A stretch of 64,000 nt of DNA from Nemertoderma westbladi (taxonomy: Eukaryota; Animalia; Xenacoelomorpha), in NCBI GenBank assembly GCA_032718475.1, contig JAUCBJ010003100.1, positions 1 through 64,000 on the forward strand. The letters run 5' to 3'. The position numbers were made by a program, and so were the translations under genes. Below are positions 24,690 to 36,515 of the stretch, piece by piece; position 1 is the stretch's first letter, and each line of letters starts with the position of its first letter. The notes beneath the pieces were generated by a model. That model saw only the letters and a program-made list of their open reading frames with translations, was not told the DNA's origin and ran no database searches.

Positions 24690-27600
24690 CGACCTGCTGC
24701 TGTTTGCCTGGGACCGCGTTTCCGGGCAACGCTTCTTGGTCGACACCGGGGCGGAGGTAAGCGTTATTCCCGCGACGACTCGCGAGGAACGTTCGGGACA
24801 GAATGGGCCGCCCATCCTCGCCGCCAACAAAACGTACATTCGAACGTACGGCGACCGCTCCGTCAAACTCGACTTCCACTCCCGCCGGTTCCAGTGGAAG
24901 TTTATCGCGGCCGACGTCGCCCAGCCTCTCCTCGGAGCCGACTTCCTCCGAGCGAACAACATGTTGGTCGACCTGAGAGGCCGCCGTCTGGTCGACGCCG
25001 AGACGTTGACCTCGATCCCGTGCGGGCGGACTACGGGCCACGCCCCCCACCTCGGTTCTGTCACCGCCTCGGACGACGAGTTCGCTCGGCTCCTCGCCGA
25101 GTTCCCCGATATTACGATCCCTCGCTTCTCCGACCCCACCGCGAAACACGGGGTCGAACATTACATCCCCACCGAGGGACCCCCGGTCTACTCCCGCGCC
25201 CGTCGTCTGCCTCCAGACAAACTCAAGATCGCGCGGGACGAGTTCCGGAAGATGGAGGAGATGGGGATCATCCGCCGGTCCAACAGTCCCTGGGCGTCAC
25301 CCCTCCACATGGCCCCTAAACCCTCGGGTGGATGGCGGCCGTGTGGCGACTACCGACGCCTCAACGACGCCACGACTCCGGACCGATACCCCATCCCCCA
25401 TATCCAGGACTTCTCCTCCAGACTGGCTGGGGCGAAGATCTTTTCTAAGATCGATCTGGTGCGCGGCTACCACCAGATCCCCGTAACCGAGGCCGACATC
25501 GCCAAGACCGCGGTTATAACCCCGTTCGGCCTGTTTGAATTTCTTCGAATGCCGTTCGGGCTGAAGAACGCGGCCCAGGCCTTCCAGAGACTGATGGACA
25601 CGGTGTGCCAGGGACTCGACTTCCTCTTCGTCTACCTAGACGACGTCCTCGTCGCGAGTCGGTCCCCCAAGGAACACCGTGACCACCTCCGTCAGCTCTT
25701 CACGCGCCTCCAAGAACACGGCCTCGTGATCAACCTCGCCAAGTGCGAGTTCGGTCGGTCGACCATCGACTTCCTCGGCCACCGAATCTCGGCCCACGGC
25801 GCCGTCCCGCTCCCCGACAAGGTCGCCGCCATCCGGGAGTTCACCCAGCCGACCACCGTCAAGGGCCTGCAGGAGTTCGTGGGGATGGTGAACTTCTATC
25901 ATCGGTTCGTCCCCGCGGCCGCCGCCATCATGCGGCCCCTCTACGCGGCCCTTGCCGGTAAACCCAAGTCCCTCGACTGGACCCCCGACATGGCGGCGGC
26001 GTTCCGGAACGCCAAGGAAGCCCTCGCCAACGCCACGATGCTCGCCCACCCCAACGCCAACGCACCGACGGCGCTCACCGTGGACGCATCTGGCACGGCA
26101 GTGGGCGCCGTTCTAGAACAGCTCGTCGGCGACTCGTGGCGCCCCCTGGCGTTCTTCAGCCGCCAACTTCGACCCCCGGAGGTGAAGTACAGTGCGTTCG
26201 ACCGGGAACTCCTCGCGCTGTACCTCGCTGTTCGCCACTTCCGGTACTACCTGGAGGGCCGCGTATTCACCGCCTACACAGATCACAAACCCCTGATGTT
26301 CGCATTCGCCAAGATCAGCGACCCGTGGTCGAATCGGCAACAACGGCACATCGCCTACATTTCCGAGTTCACCACGGCGATCGAACACGTCGCCGGCAAA
26401 GACAACGGTGTGGCGGATGCGCTCTCCAGGACTACCGTCAGCGCGGTTCGAACCCTCCTCCCCGGCCTTGACTATAGGGCTATGGCGGCTGCCCAACTCG
26501 CCGACCCCGAGCTGCCAACCTACCGCTCCGCCGTGTCCGGCCTCCAACTGGAAGACGTCCCGCTCGCCCCCGCCAACGCCACTCTACTTTGCGACGTTTC
26601 TCTCGGACACCCGCGCCCCGTCGTCCCCGTCGCCTGGCGACGGCGCGTCTTCGACGCCCTATACGGCCTGTCTCACCCCGGCGCTCGTACCACCAAGAAA
26701 CTCGTCGCCGACAGGTTCGTGTGGCACGGCCTCCGCAAAGAGGTGGGCGAGTGGGCGAAGACCTGCATCCCTTGCCAGTCTTCCAAAGTGCAACGCCACG
26801 TCCGCGCGCCCCTCGGCACCTTCGCCACCCCCCACCGCCGGTTCGACCACATCCACGTGGATCTGGTCGGCCCTCTACCACCATCGCGCGGGTTCACTCA
26901 CCTGCTGACGATGGTAGACCGTTTCACTCGGTGGCCAGAGGCCGTGCCCCTCACCGAGACCTCCACCGAGAGTTGCGCCCGGGCTCTCATCTCCAACTGG
27001 ATATCTCGGTTCGGCGTCCCCGCGGATCTCTCCTCCGACCGCGGTTCGCAGTTTACCTCCCAGCTCTGGTCCGCCGTCAACCAGCTGCTGGGCACCCAAC
27101 TGCACCGCACCACGGCCTACCACCCGCAGGCGAACGGACTGGTGGAACGTTTCCACCGCCACCTAAAGTCCGCCCTGCGGGCCTCGCTCACCGGCCCCGA
27201 TTGGGTCGACGAGTTGCCGTGGGTTCTCCTCGGAATCCGGACCGCTCCCAAGGACGACTTGGAGACCTCCTCCGCCGAGCTGGTCTACGGTGCCCCCCTC
27301 ACCGTCCCGGGCGAGTTCCTTCCGCCGGCTACGGGCGCCCAGCACTCGCCGTCCACGATCCTCCCTCAACTCCGGGATACGGTCGGACGGTTCGCTCCGG
27401 TACCGACGTCACGCCAAGGACTGACTCCGTCGTCGGTTCCACCGGACCTCCATGACGCTACCTACGTTTTCGTCCGGCGCGACGCCCACCGGACGCCATT
27501 CGAACGCCCCTACGAGGGGCCTTACAAGGTCCTCACCCCCGGACCCAAAACATTTAAGATCGAGATGGGCGGTCGAACTGAAACGATTTCAGTCGACCGA

Positions 27601-27789
27601 CTCAAACCGGCCCATCTCGATTTTACCGAGCCGGTCGTTCTCGGCCAACCGCGGCGCCGAGGTCGACACCCGAATGCACCTCCGGTACCTCCTACACCGC
27701 CGGTACTAACGCAAAGACCACCAACCCCAGCCCAACTGCCCGTACAAACTCGATCGGGCCGGACGGTCCGTCCACCTGATTATCTGTAA
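24640..27789 (+). CDS. pol: Pol polyprotein (protease, RT, RNase H, integrase), expressed as a Gag-Pol fusion
   Basis: LVDTGA, YLDD, DAS...ELLA...TDH, HHCC zinc finger, DDE integrase and GPY motif; no stop codons. Confidence 0.95.
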   Translation, partial: GKRPGRPFVAATTAGHTDLLLFAWDRVSGQRFLVDTGAEVSVIPATTREERSGQNGPPILAANKTYIRTYGDRSVKLDFHSRRFQWKFIAADVAQPLLGADFLRANNMLVDLRGRRLVDAETLTSIPCGRTTGHAPHLGSVTASDDEFARLLAEFPDITIPRFSDPTAKHGVEHYIPTEGPPVYSRARRLPPDKLKIARDEFRKMEEMGIIRRSNSPWASPLHMAPKPSGGWRPCGDYRRLNDATTPDRYPIPHIQDFSSRLAGAKIFSKIDLVRGYHQIPVTEADIAKTAVITPFGLFEFLRMPFGLKNAAQAFQRLMDTVCQGLDFLFVYLDDVLVASRSPKEHRDHLRQLFTRLQEHGLVINLAKCEFGRSTIDFLGHRISAHGAVPLPDKVAAIREFTQPTTVKGLQEFVGMVNFYHRFVPAAAAIMRPLYAALAGKPKSLDWTPDMAAAFRNAKEALANATMLAHPNANAPTALTVDASGTAVGAVLEQLVGDSWRPLAFFSRQLRPPEVKYSAFDRELLALYLAVRHFRYYLEGRVFTAYTDHKPLMFAFAKISDPWSNRQQRHIAYISEFTTAIEHVAGKDNGVADALSRTTVSAVRTLLPGLDYRAMAAAQLADPELPTYRSAVSGLQLEDVPLAPANATLLCDVSLGHPRPVVPVAWRRRVFDALYGLSHPGARTTKKLVADRFVWHGLRKEVGEWAKTCIPCQSSKVQRHVRAPLGTFATPHRRFDHIHVDLVGPLPPSRGFTHLLTMVDRFTRWPEAVPLTETSTESCARALISNWISRFGVPADLSSDRGSQFTSQLWSAVNQLLGTQLHRTTAYHPQANGLVERFHRHLKSALRASLTGPDWVDELPWVLLGIRTAPKDDLETSSAELVYGAPLTVPGEFLPPATGAQHSPSTILPQLRDTVGRFAPVPTSRQGLTPSSVPPDLHDATYVFVRRDAHRTPFERPYEGPYKVLTPGPKTFKIEMGGRTETISVDRLKPAHLDFTEPVVLGQPRRRGRHPNAPPVPPTPPVLTQRPPTPAQLPVQTRSGRTVRPPDYL

Positions 27790-27817
27790 TACGTTTCGAG
27801 ACTGGGGGGGGGGGTCA

Positions 27818-28010
27818 TGTGGCTGCCCCACATAGATTATACAGTCTCAAAACTTTGTTATTACGGTTGCCTAGCAACCCTAGAGAGTAACGTATTCTGT
27901 TATTAGGCCGACGTACAGAATGGTACGACTGTACTGCAGTATGCCTTCAGCAAAGACTCGAACTTGAGTTTTGATAAGTTTTCATTTCGTGGCTAGACGC
28001 CATCACTACA
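27818..28010 (+). repeat. 3' LTR
   Basis: Follows the PPT and is followed by the GTAA TSD. Confidence 0.96.
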
Positions 28011-30169
28011 GTAACAAATAATTATTACTGCAGTAACAAATAATTATTACTGCAGTAATAAACCATAAAATTTTTTTTTCTGCAGTAAGAAATAATTGTT
28101 ACTGCAGTAAAAAAAAAATTTGTATTACTGCAGTAATAAATATTTGCTACTGCAGTAATAATTATTTGTTACTGCAGTAATAATTATTTGTTACTGCAGT
28201 AGCAAATATTTATTTAACAGTTCCCCAAAGGCAGTTTAGAATTCTGGAATTTAGTTGAAATTCATTATTCGCTGAGATCCGGATATTAATTAATTTTATC
28301 ATTTTTTTTAAAATAATAGATAGAATAGATAAAGATAACCCTACTGTATAAGTGTGTGTACTGTCTAGGCCTACTGTCAGTCTGTATAACACATAATATA
28401 AAATTGATAAAGTACAGTATTAGGCCTACTTAAGTTGTTAGTTCATGTGGTTCAAATTCAACATAATATTAAAAAGTTAATAATTAATTATCGCATACAA
28501 TACGTATATCCTATCACTTAAATTCCAATGCGAATCAGGCTCAACTTAACTAGTAACCTGGCTGCCAGATAGCGAGTACCACGTAAATCTATACTAATTG
28601 CATTGCAGTTAGTTGATTTGGATATACGGTACTTCTGTACCTTCTGGGCCTACAGTTTTACAGTACATTACTGTAGTCCTACCTAAAATGAAAGGCTGAA
28701 CCGCCCGGAGATATCACTTAACCAGTTCACGGATTATACCGCTACGTATTGTAGGCCAAACTATCGCCCATGTGACTGTGACAGTGTGAAGAATACCCGT
28801 TTTTCATCCTACGTTATGCTAGAGAACATAAACAGTGTAATCTGGCAATGACAAATCCATATGATTGCTTCGTAAACGCTTCATAAGATCCCATTGGTGG
28901 AATTGTATTATGCATAACAACCAATTAAACCCGGTTTTGGGTGGCCCTTATAACTGCGGATTCTGATTGGAGATTAATTGAATTATATCGGCCAATGAAA
29001 GGACAGTTTAGTACTGCAGTAATAAATATTTGCTACTGCAGTAACAAATAATTATTACTGCAGTAACAAATAATTATTACTGCAGTAGCAAATATTTATT
29101 ACTGCAGTAATACAAATTTTTTTTTTTACTGCAGTAACAATTATTTCTTACTGCAGAAAAAAAAATTTTTTTGTTTATTACTGCAGTAATAATTATTTGT
29201 TACTGCAGTAATAATTATTTGTTACTGCAGTAATAAATATTTGCTACTGCAGTAATAAATATTTGCTACTGCAGTAGCAAATAATTGTTACTGCAGTAAT
29301 AAATAATTGTTACTGCAGTAATAAATAATTGTTACTGCAGTATTAAATTATTGTTACTGCAGTAATAAATAATTGTTACTGCAGTAATAAATAATTGTTA
29401 CTGCAGTATTAAATTATTGTTACTGCAGTAATAAATAATTGTTACTGCAGTAATAAATAATTGTTACTGCAGTAATAAATAATTGTTACTGCAGTAAGAA
29501 ACAATTGTTACTGCAGTAATAAATAATTGATAATTGTTACTGCAGCAATAATTATTTGTTACTGCAGTAACAAATATTTATTACTGCAGTAACAATTATT
29601 TATTACTGCAGTAACAAATAATTCATACTGCAGTAAAAAATAATTTTTATTTATTACTGCATTAATTAATAATTTATACTGCAGTAACAATTATTTATTA
29701 CTGCAGTAACAAATATGGAGGCATTTTTCTTGTTTCATAGAGGTTTTTATTCATTTATATTTTGACCCTTTGGAGACGCCATATATTGCTATTGAATAGG
29801 GAAGGATTGTTTTCTGTATCATAGCAACGTTAAGGTAATTATTGAAATCGCAGCTAGCTGGCTGGGCACAGATAAGGAGCAAGCAGGCTGGAGTGTTGAT
29901 TGGGGTGGGTTTGGGTTGTCTATTGCTAATTGCGCAGAGTAATTCTGCTTTTTCAATCATTGGCTGCATGGAAGGAGAGGTTTATAACATTTTTGTTTTA
30001 CTGTTATGAATATTAAAAGGAAAATAATTATTTCTGTAGGCCTATACTTACTGTATTATTATTTTATCTAATAGTATACATCTAATCTCGATGAAATCTC
30101 GCTTACTATAGCTCGTTAGATAGGTCTCGCCCTAAGTCGTTGCAACGTAATACTCAGAGCCGTCTGAAG

Positions 30170-31440
30170 TTCCCCCGTCTGCCGCTAGAGGGCGAATTGT
30201 CCGATAGTGAAAACCTGATCTTATTGGGTTGTTTTTAATGCTTTTGAGCTGAAACTTGGTAGCTATATACTGCAGCATAGGCTGTATTATTTCCGGAGTC
30301 ACTGGGTTGTCTACAGTTCCCCAGTCTACCGTTAGAGGGCTAAATGTCTGAGAGTTAACATCTTCTCCAACTTTGTTATTTACAATCCGTTTAGACTGAA
30401 ACTTGGTAGGCATCTACTACAGCATAGACTGTATCTTTACTGAGTAGCAGAGTCGTCTACAATTCCCCGGTCTACCGCTAGAGGGCGAAATGTCTGAAAG
30501 TTAACATCTTCTCCAACTTTGTTATTTATAATCCATTTAGACTGAACTTGGTAGGCATCTACTACAGCATAGGCTATATCTTTACTGAGTCACGCAGAGT
30601 TGTCTACAGTACCCGCGTCTGCCGCTAGAGGGCGAAATGTATGAAAGTTAACATCTTCTCCAACTTTGTTATTTACAATCCTTTTAGACTGAAACTTGGT
30701 AGGCATCTACTATAGCATAGGCTATATCTTTGCGGAGTAGTAGAGTTGTCTACAGTTCCACAGTCAGCCGCAAGAGGGCGAATTGTCTGATAGTGAAAAC
30801 CTCATCCCATTTGGTTCTTTTTAATCATTTTGAGCTGAAACTTGGTTGGTATCTACTACATCATAGGCTCTATCTTTACGGAGTTGCAGAGTCCTATACA
30901 CTTCCCCGGTCTACCGCTAGAGGGTGAAATGTCTGAAAGTTAACATCTTCTCCAACTTTGTTATTTACAAACGGTTTAGACTGAAACTTGGTAGGCATCT
31001 ACTACAGCATAGGCTCTACATTTACTGAGTCGCAGAGTTGTATACAGTTCCCCTATCTGCCGCTAGAGGGCGAATTGTCTGTTAGTGAACACCTCATCCC
31101 AATTGGTTCTTTTTAATCCCTTTGAGCTGGAACTTGGCAGGAATCTACTACAGCATATTCTGTATCTTTACGGAGTCCCAGAGTCGTCTACAGTTCTTCA
31201 GTCTACCGCTAGAGGGTGAAATGTCTGAATGTGAACATCTACACCAATTTTGTTATTTACAATCTGTTTAAGCTGAAACTTGAAAGGCAGGCATTTTACT
31301 TCACCATAAACCCCATCTTTACCAAACTGCAGCGTCGTCTGCATTTCACCAGTCCGCAGGTAGAGGGTGGATCTGAAAGTGATAATTTTCTGGAAATTTT
31401 GTTATTTACAATCTGCCTAAAGTTGAAACTTGACAGTTAT
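30170..31440 (+). repeat. Internal 146-147-bp diverged tandem repeat of Helitron copy 1
   Basis: CCGCTAGAGGGC-like anchors at 30182, 30329, 30475, 30622, 30768, 30914, 31060 and 31206. Confidence 0.9.
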
Positions 31441-31572
31441 CTCTTATGGGGTGGTGTTTTATTTAATGATGGTGTCTGTTCCGTATGCGGTTCTCCAATC
31501 TCCCACACATATTCATATATCATCTGCACGTGCACTAGAAAGCTGTGGCCCGAAGGGCCACAGGCTTTCTAG

Positions 31573-33791
31573 TCTAATATATATAAATATCGATTGTCTG
31601 TCTGTCTATGTGTTTGTCATCGGCTATACAATCGAACCCATCTCGATGAAATCTCGCTTGCTATAGCTCGTTAGAAAGGTCTCGCTCTAACTCGTTGCAA
31701 CGTAATACTCAGAGTCGTCTGAAGTTCGCCCATCTGCCTCTAGAGGGCGATTTTCGTGATTTTCGGGCGAAATTTATCGAATTATTTCGGTTCTTCTATC
31801 GGTAATTAATTATTTAGAGGGCTAACATTTATCCCACCTGGTATAAAATTAACATGGGTAGATTCGCCGTGTCCCATTCTCACAAAGTTTTTATTTTATT
31901 CGAGTGTTTAATATAAATATGTATGATTATTTATTGATTAAAAACCAAATAGTGTATAAATATGTCATATTCGCCAAGCACGATCGAATTGGCCTATTCT
32001 TAGTGCTGTAGTGAATATAGGGAAGGATTTTTTTCTGTATCATAGCAACGTTAAGGTAATTATTGAAATCGCAGCTAGCTGGGCACAGATAAGGAGCAAG
32101 CCAGGCTGTAGTGTTGATTGGGGTGGGTTTGGGTTGTCTGTTGCGAACTGCTCAAGTGTAATTCTGCTTTCTCAATCATTGGCTGCATGGAAGGAGAGGT
32201 TTATAACATTTTTGTTTTACTGTTATGAATATTAAAAGTAAAATAATTATTTCTGTAGGCCTATACTTACTGTATTATTATTTTATCTAATATTATACAT
32301 CTAATCTCGATGAAATCTCGCTTACTATAGCTCGTTAGATAGGTCTTGCCCTAACTCGTTGCAACGTAATACTCAGAGCCGTCTGAAGTTTCCCCATCTG
32401 CCGCTAGAGGGCGAATTGTCCGATAGTGAAAACCTGATCTCATTGGGTTGTTTTTAATGCTTTTGAGCTGAAACTTGGTAGCTATATACTGCAGCATAGG
32501 CTGTATATTTCCGGAGTCACTGAGTTGTCCACAGTTCCCCAGTCTACCGTTAGAGGGCTAAATGTCTGAGAGTTAACATCTTCTCCAACTTTGTTATTTA
32601 CAATCCGTTTAGACTGAAACTTGGTAGGCATCTACTACAGCATAGGCTGTATCTTTACTGAGTCGCAGAGTCGTCTACAATTCCCCAGTCTACCGCTAGA
32701 GGGCGAAATGTCTGAAAGTTAACATCTTCTCCAACTTTGTTATTTATAATCCATTTAGACTGAACTTGGTAGGCATCTACTACAGCATAGGCTATATCTT
32801 TACTGAGTCGCGCAGAGTTGTCTACATTACCCGCGTCTGCCGCTAGAGGGTGAAATGTATGAAAGTTAACATCTCCTCCAACTTTGTTATTTACAATCCT
32901 TTTAGACTGAAACTTGGTAGGCATCTACTATAGCATAGGCTATATCTTTGCGGAGTAGTAGAGTCGTCTACAGTTCCACAGTCAGCCGCTAGAGGGCGAA
33001 TTGTCTGATAGTGAAAACCTCATCCCATTTGGTTCTTTTTAATCATTTTGAGCTGAAACTTGGTTGGTATCTACTACATCATAGGCTGTATCTTTACGGG
33101 GTTGCAGAATCCTATTCACTTCCCCAGTCTACCGCTAGAGGGTGAAATGTCTGAAAGTTAACATCTTCTACAACTTTGTTATTTACTAACGGTTTAGACT
33201 GAAACTTGGTAGGCATCTACTATAGCATAGGCTGTACCTTTACGGAGTCACAGCGTTGTATACAGTCCCCCCATCTGCCGCTAGAGGGCGACATATCTGA
33301 TAGTGAACACCTCATCCCATTTGGTTCTTTTTAATTCTATTGAGCTGGAACTTGGCAGGAATCTACTACAGCATATTCTGTATCTTTACGGAGTCCCAGA
33401 GTCGTCTACAGTTCTTCAGTCTACCGCTAGAGGGTGAAATGTCGGAATGTGAACATCTACACCAATTTTGTTATTTACAATCTGTTTAAGCTGAAACTTG
33501 AAAGGCAGGCATTTTACTTCACCATGAACCCCATCTTTACCAAACTGCAGCGCCGTCTGCATTTCACCAGTCCGCAGGTAGAGGGTGGATCTGAAAGTGA
33601 TCATTTTCTGGAAATTTTGTTATTTACAATCTGCCTAAAGTTGAAACTTGACAGTTATATCTTATGGGGGTGGTGTTTTATTTAATGATGGTGTCTATTC
33701 CGTATGCAGTTCTCAAATCTCCCACACATATTCATATATCATCTGCACGTGCACTAGAAAGCTGTGGCCCGAAGGGCCACAGGCTTTCTAG
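31573..33791 (+). mobile_element. Non-autonomous Helitron, copy 2, joined head-to-tail to copy 1
   Basis: CTAG|TC junction at 31572/31573; ends hairpin-CTAG|T; anchors every 146-147 bp from 32401 to 33424. Confidence 0.92.
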
Positions 33792-34381
33792 TATATCATA
33801 AATATCGAAATAGGTTAAGGATTACACTTTTATACATTTTGTTCTCTAACGGCAGACTGGAGAACTGCTGATGGTTTAGCCTCCTTTCAAAGAAACATCT
33901 ATCTACAGTATAGTGAAAATTTAAATTTGCCAAGTTTTAGCTTAAACGGATTAAAAGCAAATAAATAATAGGACATTTAATGTTTATAGACATGTATCCC
34001 TCTAGGAGATACTGTTGAACTAATGGTGTCTGTAAGTCTATCAAAAAATAAATTTTTGAAAATTTTGATGCCTACTAATTTTCAACTCGACAGCTCTAAA
34101 TCGGACAAAATTATACCATGTCAAAATCGTAAGGACATCGAAAACAACAGCAAACTATTTGCAAAAATCGACCCACGTCTAAAAGTGTTTTAGTTCGCTA
34201 AGGTCCTGCCAACTTTGTGGCTCTCCACACAGAGCACTGCAGTACAAACTTGAGCATTTCATTACATAATGCCGTACCGGTCGGTACGTTACTGGTATTT
34301 CACGTTACTGCTGTACCGGTACTCTGGTACTGCATGTACTGGTATTTCAAAACGCCGTTGGAAGCAGGCGAAGTATAAAGA

Positions 34382-35332
34382 ATGTATTCACCGTCGTCTT
34401 CATTAAACTACCGGTACTCTTCCGTTGATTCTGTTATTTCAAATGATGAGCGGAGACTCGCCGAGGAGCTAGCTGCCACGCAGTCATTGTTTAATAACAA
34501 CATCGACGCTATATGCGACAAATATTCCCGCGATCCAGCCGATGGTGTGGCCGACCAATGGGGTGGTCTGGACCCCAACGAGTGCTTCTCTTTCGGAGAA
34601 AGCGGTAGCTCCGATGTCTTCGTTACAACTGCACTCGACTGGGATCGTGAATTGTTCAGCAAGCCAGTCAGGGTGATACTCGATGGCCATTCCACAAGGA
34701 AAGAGACACGGAAAATGGAACATCGAAAACGACTCAAACTGAAGAAAATATTGAAATCCCGTTCCTTAGGCCTAATCGACGATTTGACGAAGGGTTTGCA
34801 GGTAGATGGCGATTTATCAATAATTACCGGAGATAGCGGCAGCGATGAGATCGAATTAAAGTCGGAAAGTTTATATTCGTCGTCGGAAGGAAATTCCCGT
34901 AGTACAGAATTACTTTGCAACCAAGAGACTCTCCGTTATTCCGATGGATCTACGGACCTTATAGATGATATTAATTGTAGGATGGCATTGGTTGGGACTG
35001 CGGACGACCGCTGTACCGAATCGGAAGAACCCAGCGTCTCTATGTCGTTTATCGACAAGTTTTCCCGAGCTGATCTCTCGACCCCGGCCGAATCGCTCCC
35101 TCCACTGGATCCCCGTCGGGGCCGTGGTGCCGAAGACAACGAACTATTCGCTAGAGACAGCAGCATCCCCACCACCGCCAATCCACGTAAGAATCCTACG
35201 CCGTTCCAGCGACGATATCCCAAAGCCGAAGTGGTGCGTAGTAGCGACGAACGCGTGGTGGCGGTTTATAGTGACTACGCTAACGGCTGCAGTTCGCCCT
35301 TCCAGCGAACCCCTCCTACAACGGGTAGTTGA
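34382..35332 (+). CDS. Host protein-coding ORF or exon, Ser/Asp-rich, with an N-terminal Scm3/HJURP-like motif (tentative)
   Basis: 316-aa ATG-initiated ORF with elevated GC; RLAEELAATQSLFNNNIDAICDKYSRDPADGVAD; basic NLS-like patch RKRLKLKK; may splice further downstream. Confidence 0.6.
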   Translation: MYSPSSSLNYRYSSVDSVISNDERRLAEELAATQSLFNNNIDAICDKYSRDPADGVADQWGGLDPNECFSFGESGSSDVFVTTALDWDRELFSKPVRVILDGHSTRKETRKMEHRKRLKLKKILKSRSLGLIDDLTKGLQVDGDLSIITGDSGSDEIELKSESLYSSSEGNSRSTELLCNQETLRYSDGSTDLIDDINCRMALVGTADDRCTESEEPSVSMSFIDKFSRADLSTPAESLPPLDPRRGRGAEDNELFARDSSIPTTANPRKNPTPFQRRYPKAEVVRSSDERVVAVYSDYANGCSSPFQRTPPTTGS

Positions 35333-36515
35333 CAGCAAACAGCTCTCTCTGTGTCTGGACAAGCTTCGCTATATCTAATGAATTAGTAATTCAACTAGTT
35401 GAATTTATTGTTTTCCATTTTTACGTGTAAATTTCACAGATAAATCTGCAAATCCCCAAGATGTGAATAATTATGCAAGGTTATTAGTTAACTATTGGAA
35501 TTTCGTTTTGGGTTGTATTTGTGATTGAGAGTTTTGTATATCCAGTTCCATATTTTATGTATAGTTTGGGCCGCGAGCTTCGAATTTTAATGGAAGTACA
35601 ATTTATTGTCACATTATATCAACTATCAACTTAAGACCTTGTACTGTAAATTTGTAAATTTTTGTAGATTTGTATAATATAGGCCTACTAATATACTTGT
35701 CTGTAGTATCTGTATCTGTATGTAATATCCAAAGCTAGCCTAGGATACATAGGATAATAGTAAATCTAATCTCGTTCAACTCGAGTATTGCTGACAGGTA
35801 ATATTAATTAAATTATCTGATAATACAGCGGTAATTGTGACGTGCTTCCTCGTTCTTTCCATTTCTCAATATAACAGTGGCAGTGACAATATATTTAGTG
35901 CGATTCTGATCATTATAATAAATAGGTTTAATCTTACCATGTTGATTTTTTCTCTTCGTCAATAATATAATATAATATTACTATTAGTTTAGTTTAGTTA
36001 TAGTTTGAAATTAATATTGTTAATATTTGCTATTACATAACGTTGATCTATGGTAATCGTTTTATAAGTGTAACATTTCTTTACGCGAACTTTTTTCTCG
36101 GTGTGCGTGAGACATGCAAAATAACTAGCGGTAGTGTCATTGCATATTGAGTCACCGAGTAAAAAACAACGGTAAAAATATTTCGAGATTAAAAATATCG
36201 TGAGTATACAATAAATTTCGCGTACAATTGTTTTAGTATTTCATCTTGTTTAACGTTGAGTTGATGTTAATGCAATGTATTGGAATATTATAATATTGGT
36301 CTGTACTTTACCAGCCATTATTCTATTGTTGCATCCCTTTAAATTCTTACTATGTACGGAAGATAATAATCACATGTCCTTTAGATATATATCGCACGAT
36401 ATATAGTTCGTGAATCATACACAATGCGATGATTACAGAAAATTAAGACCCATTAAATTGACTAGTATGAAATTATTTGGTGTGTAACACCACTGATCCG
36501 ATTCGAGAAGATTGA

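Larger units (their letters stand above)
23664..28010 (+). mobile_element. Intact full-length Ty3/Gypsy LTR retrotransposon, CsRN1 clade
   Basis: Two 193-bp LTRs, 4-bp TSD GTAA, PBS TGGTGACCC (tRNA-Trp-like), G-run PPT at 27803-27814, CHCC gag motif, intact pol. Confidence 0.96.
23059..29783. mobile_element. Non-autonomous foldback DNA transposon, IS3EU-like, with ~0.8-kb inverted arms built from 20-bp repeats
   Basis: Termini TACGGCGTCTCTAAAGGGTCA / TGACCCTTTGGAGACGCCATA; 6-bp TSD TATTGC at 23053-23058 and 29784-29789. Confidence 0.85.
22632..31572 (+). mobile_element. Non-autonomous Helitron, copy 1 (~2.2 kb excluding the nested 23059-29783 insert)
   Basis: A|TC 5' end; 3' hairpin TGTGGCCC-GAA-GGGCCACA then CTAG; collinear with copy 2. 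Confidence 0.9.

Noticed and set aside
24097-27709. Many overlapping alternative-frame and antisense ORFs
   Set aside because: Shadow ORFs of the GC-rich gag-pol sequence.
36372-36384. Partner terminus for the IS3EU-like end at 21522
   Set aside because: Only CATGTCCTTTAG matches; it lacks GGGCTCCGTA and a matching TSD.
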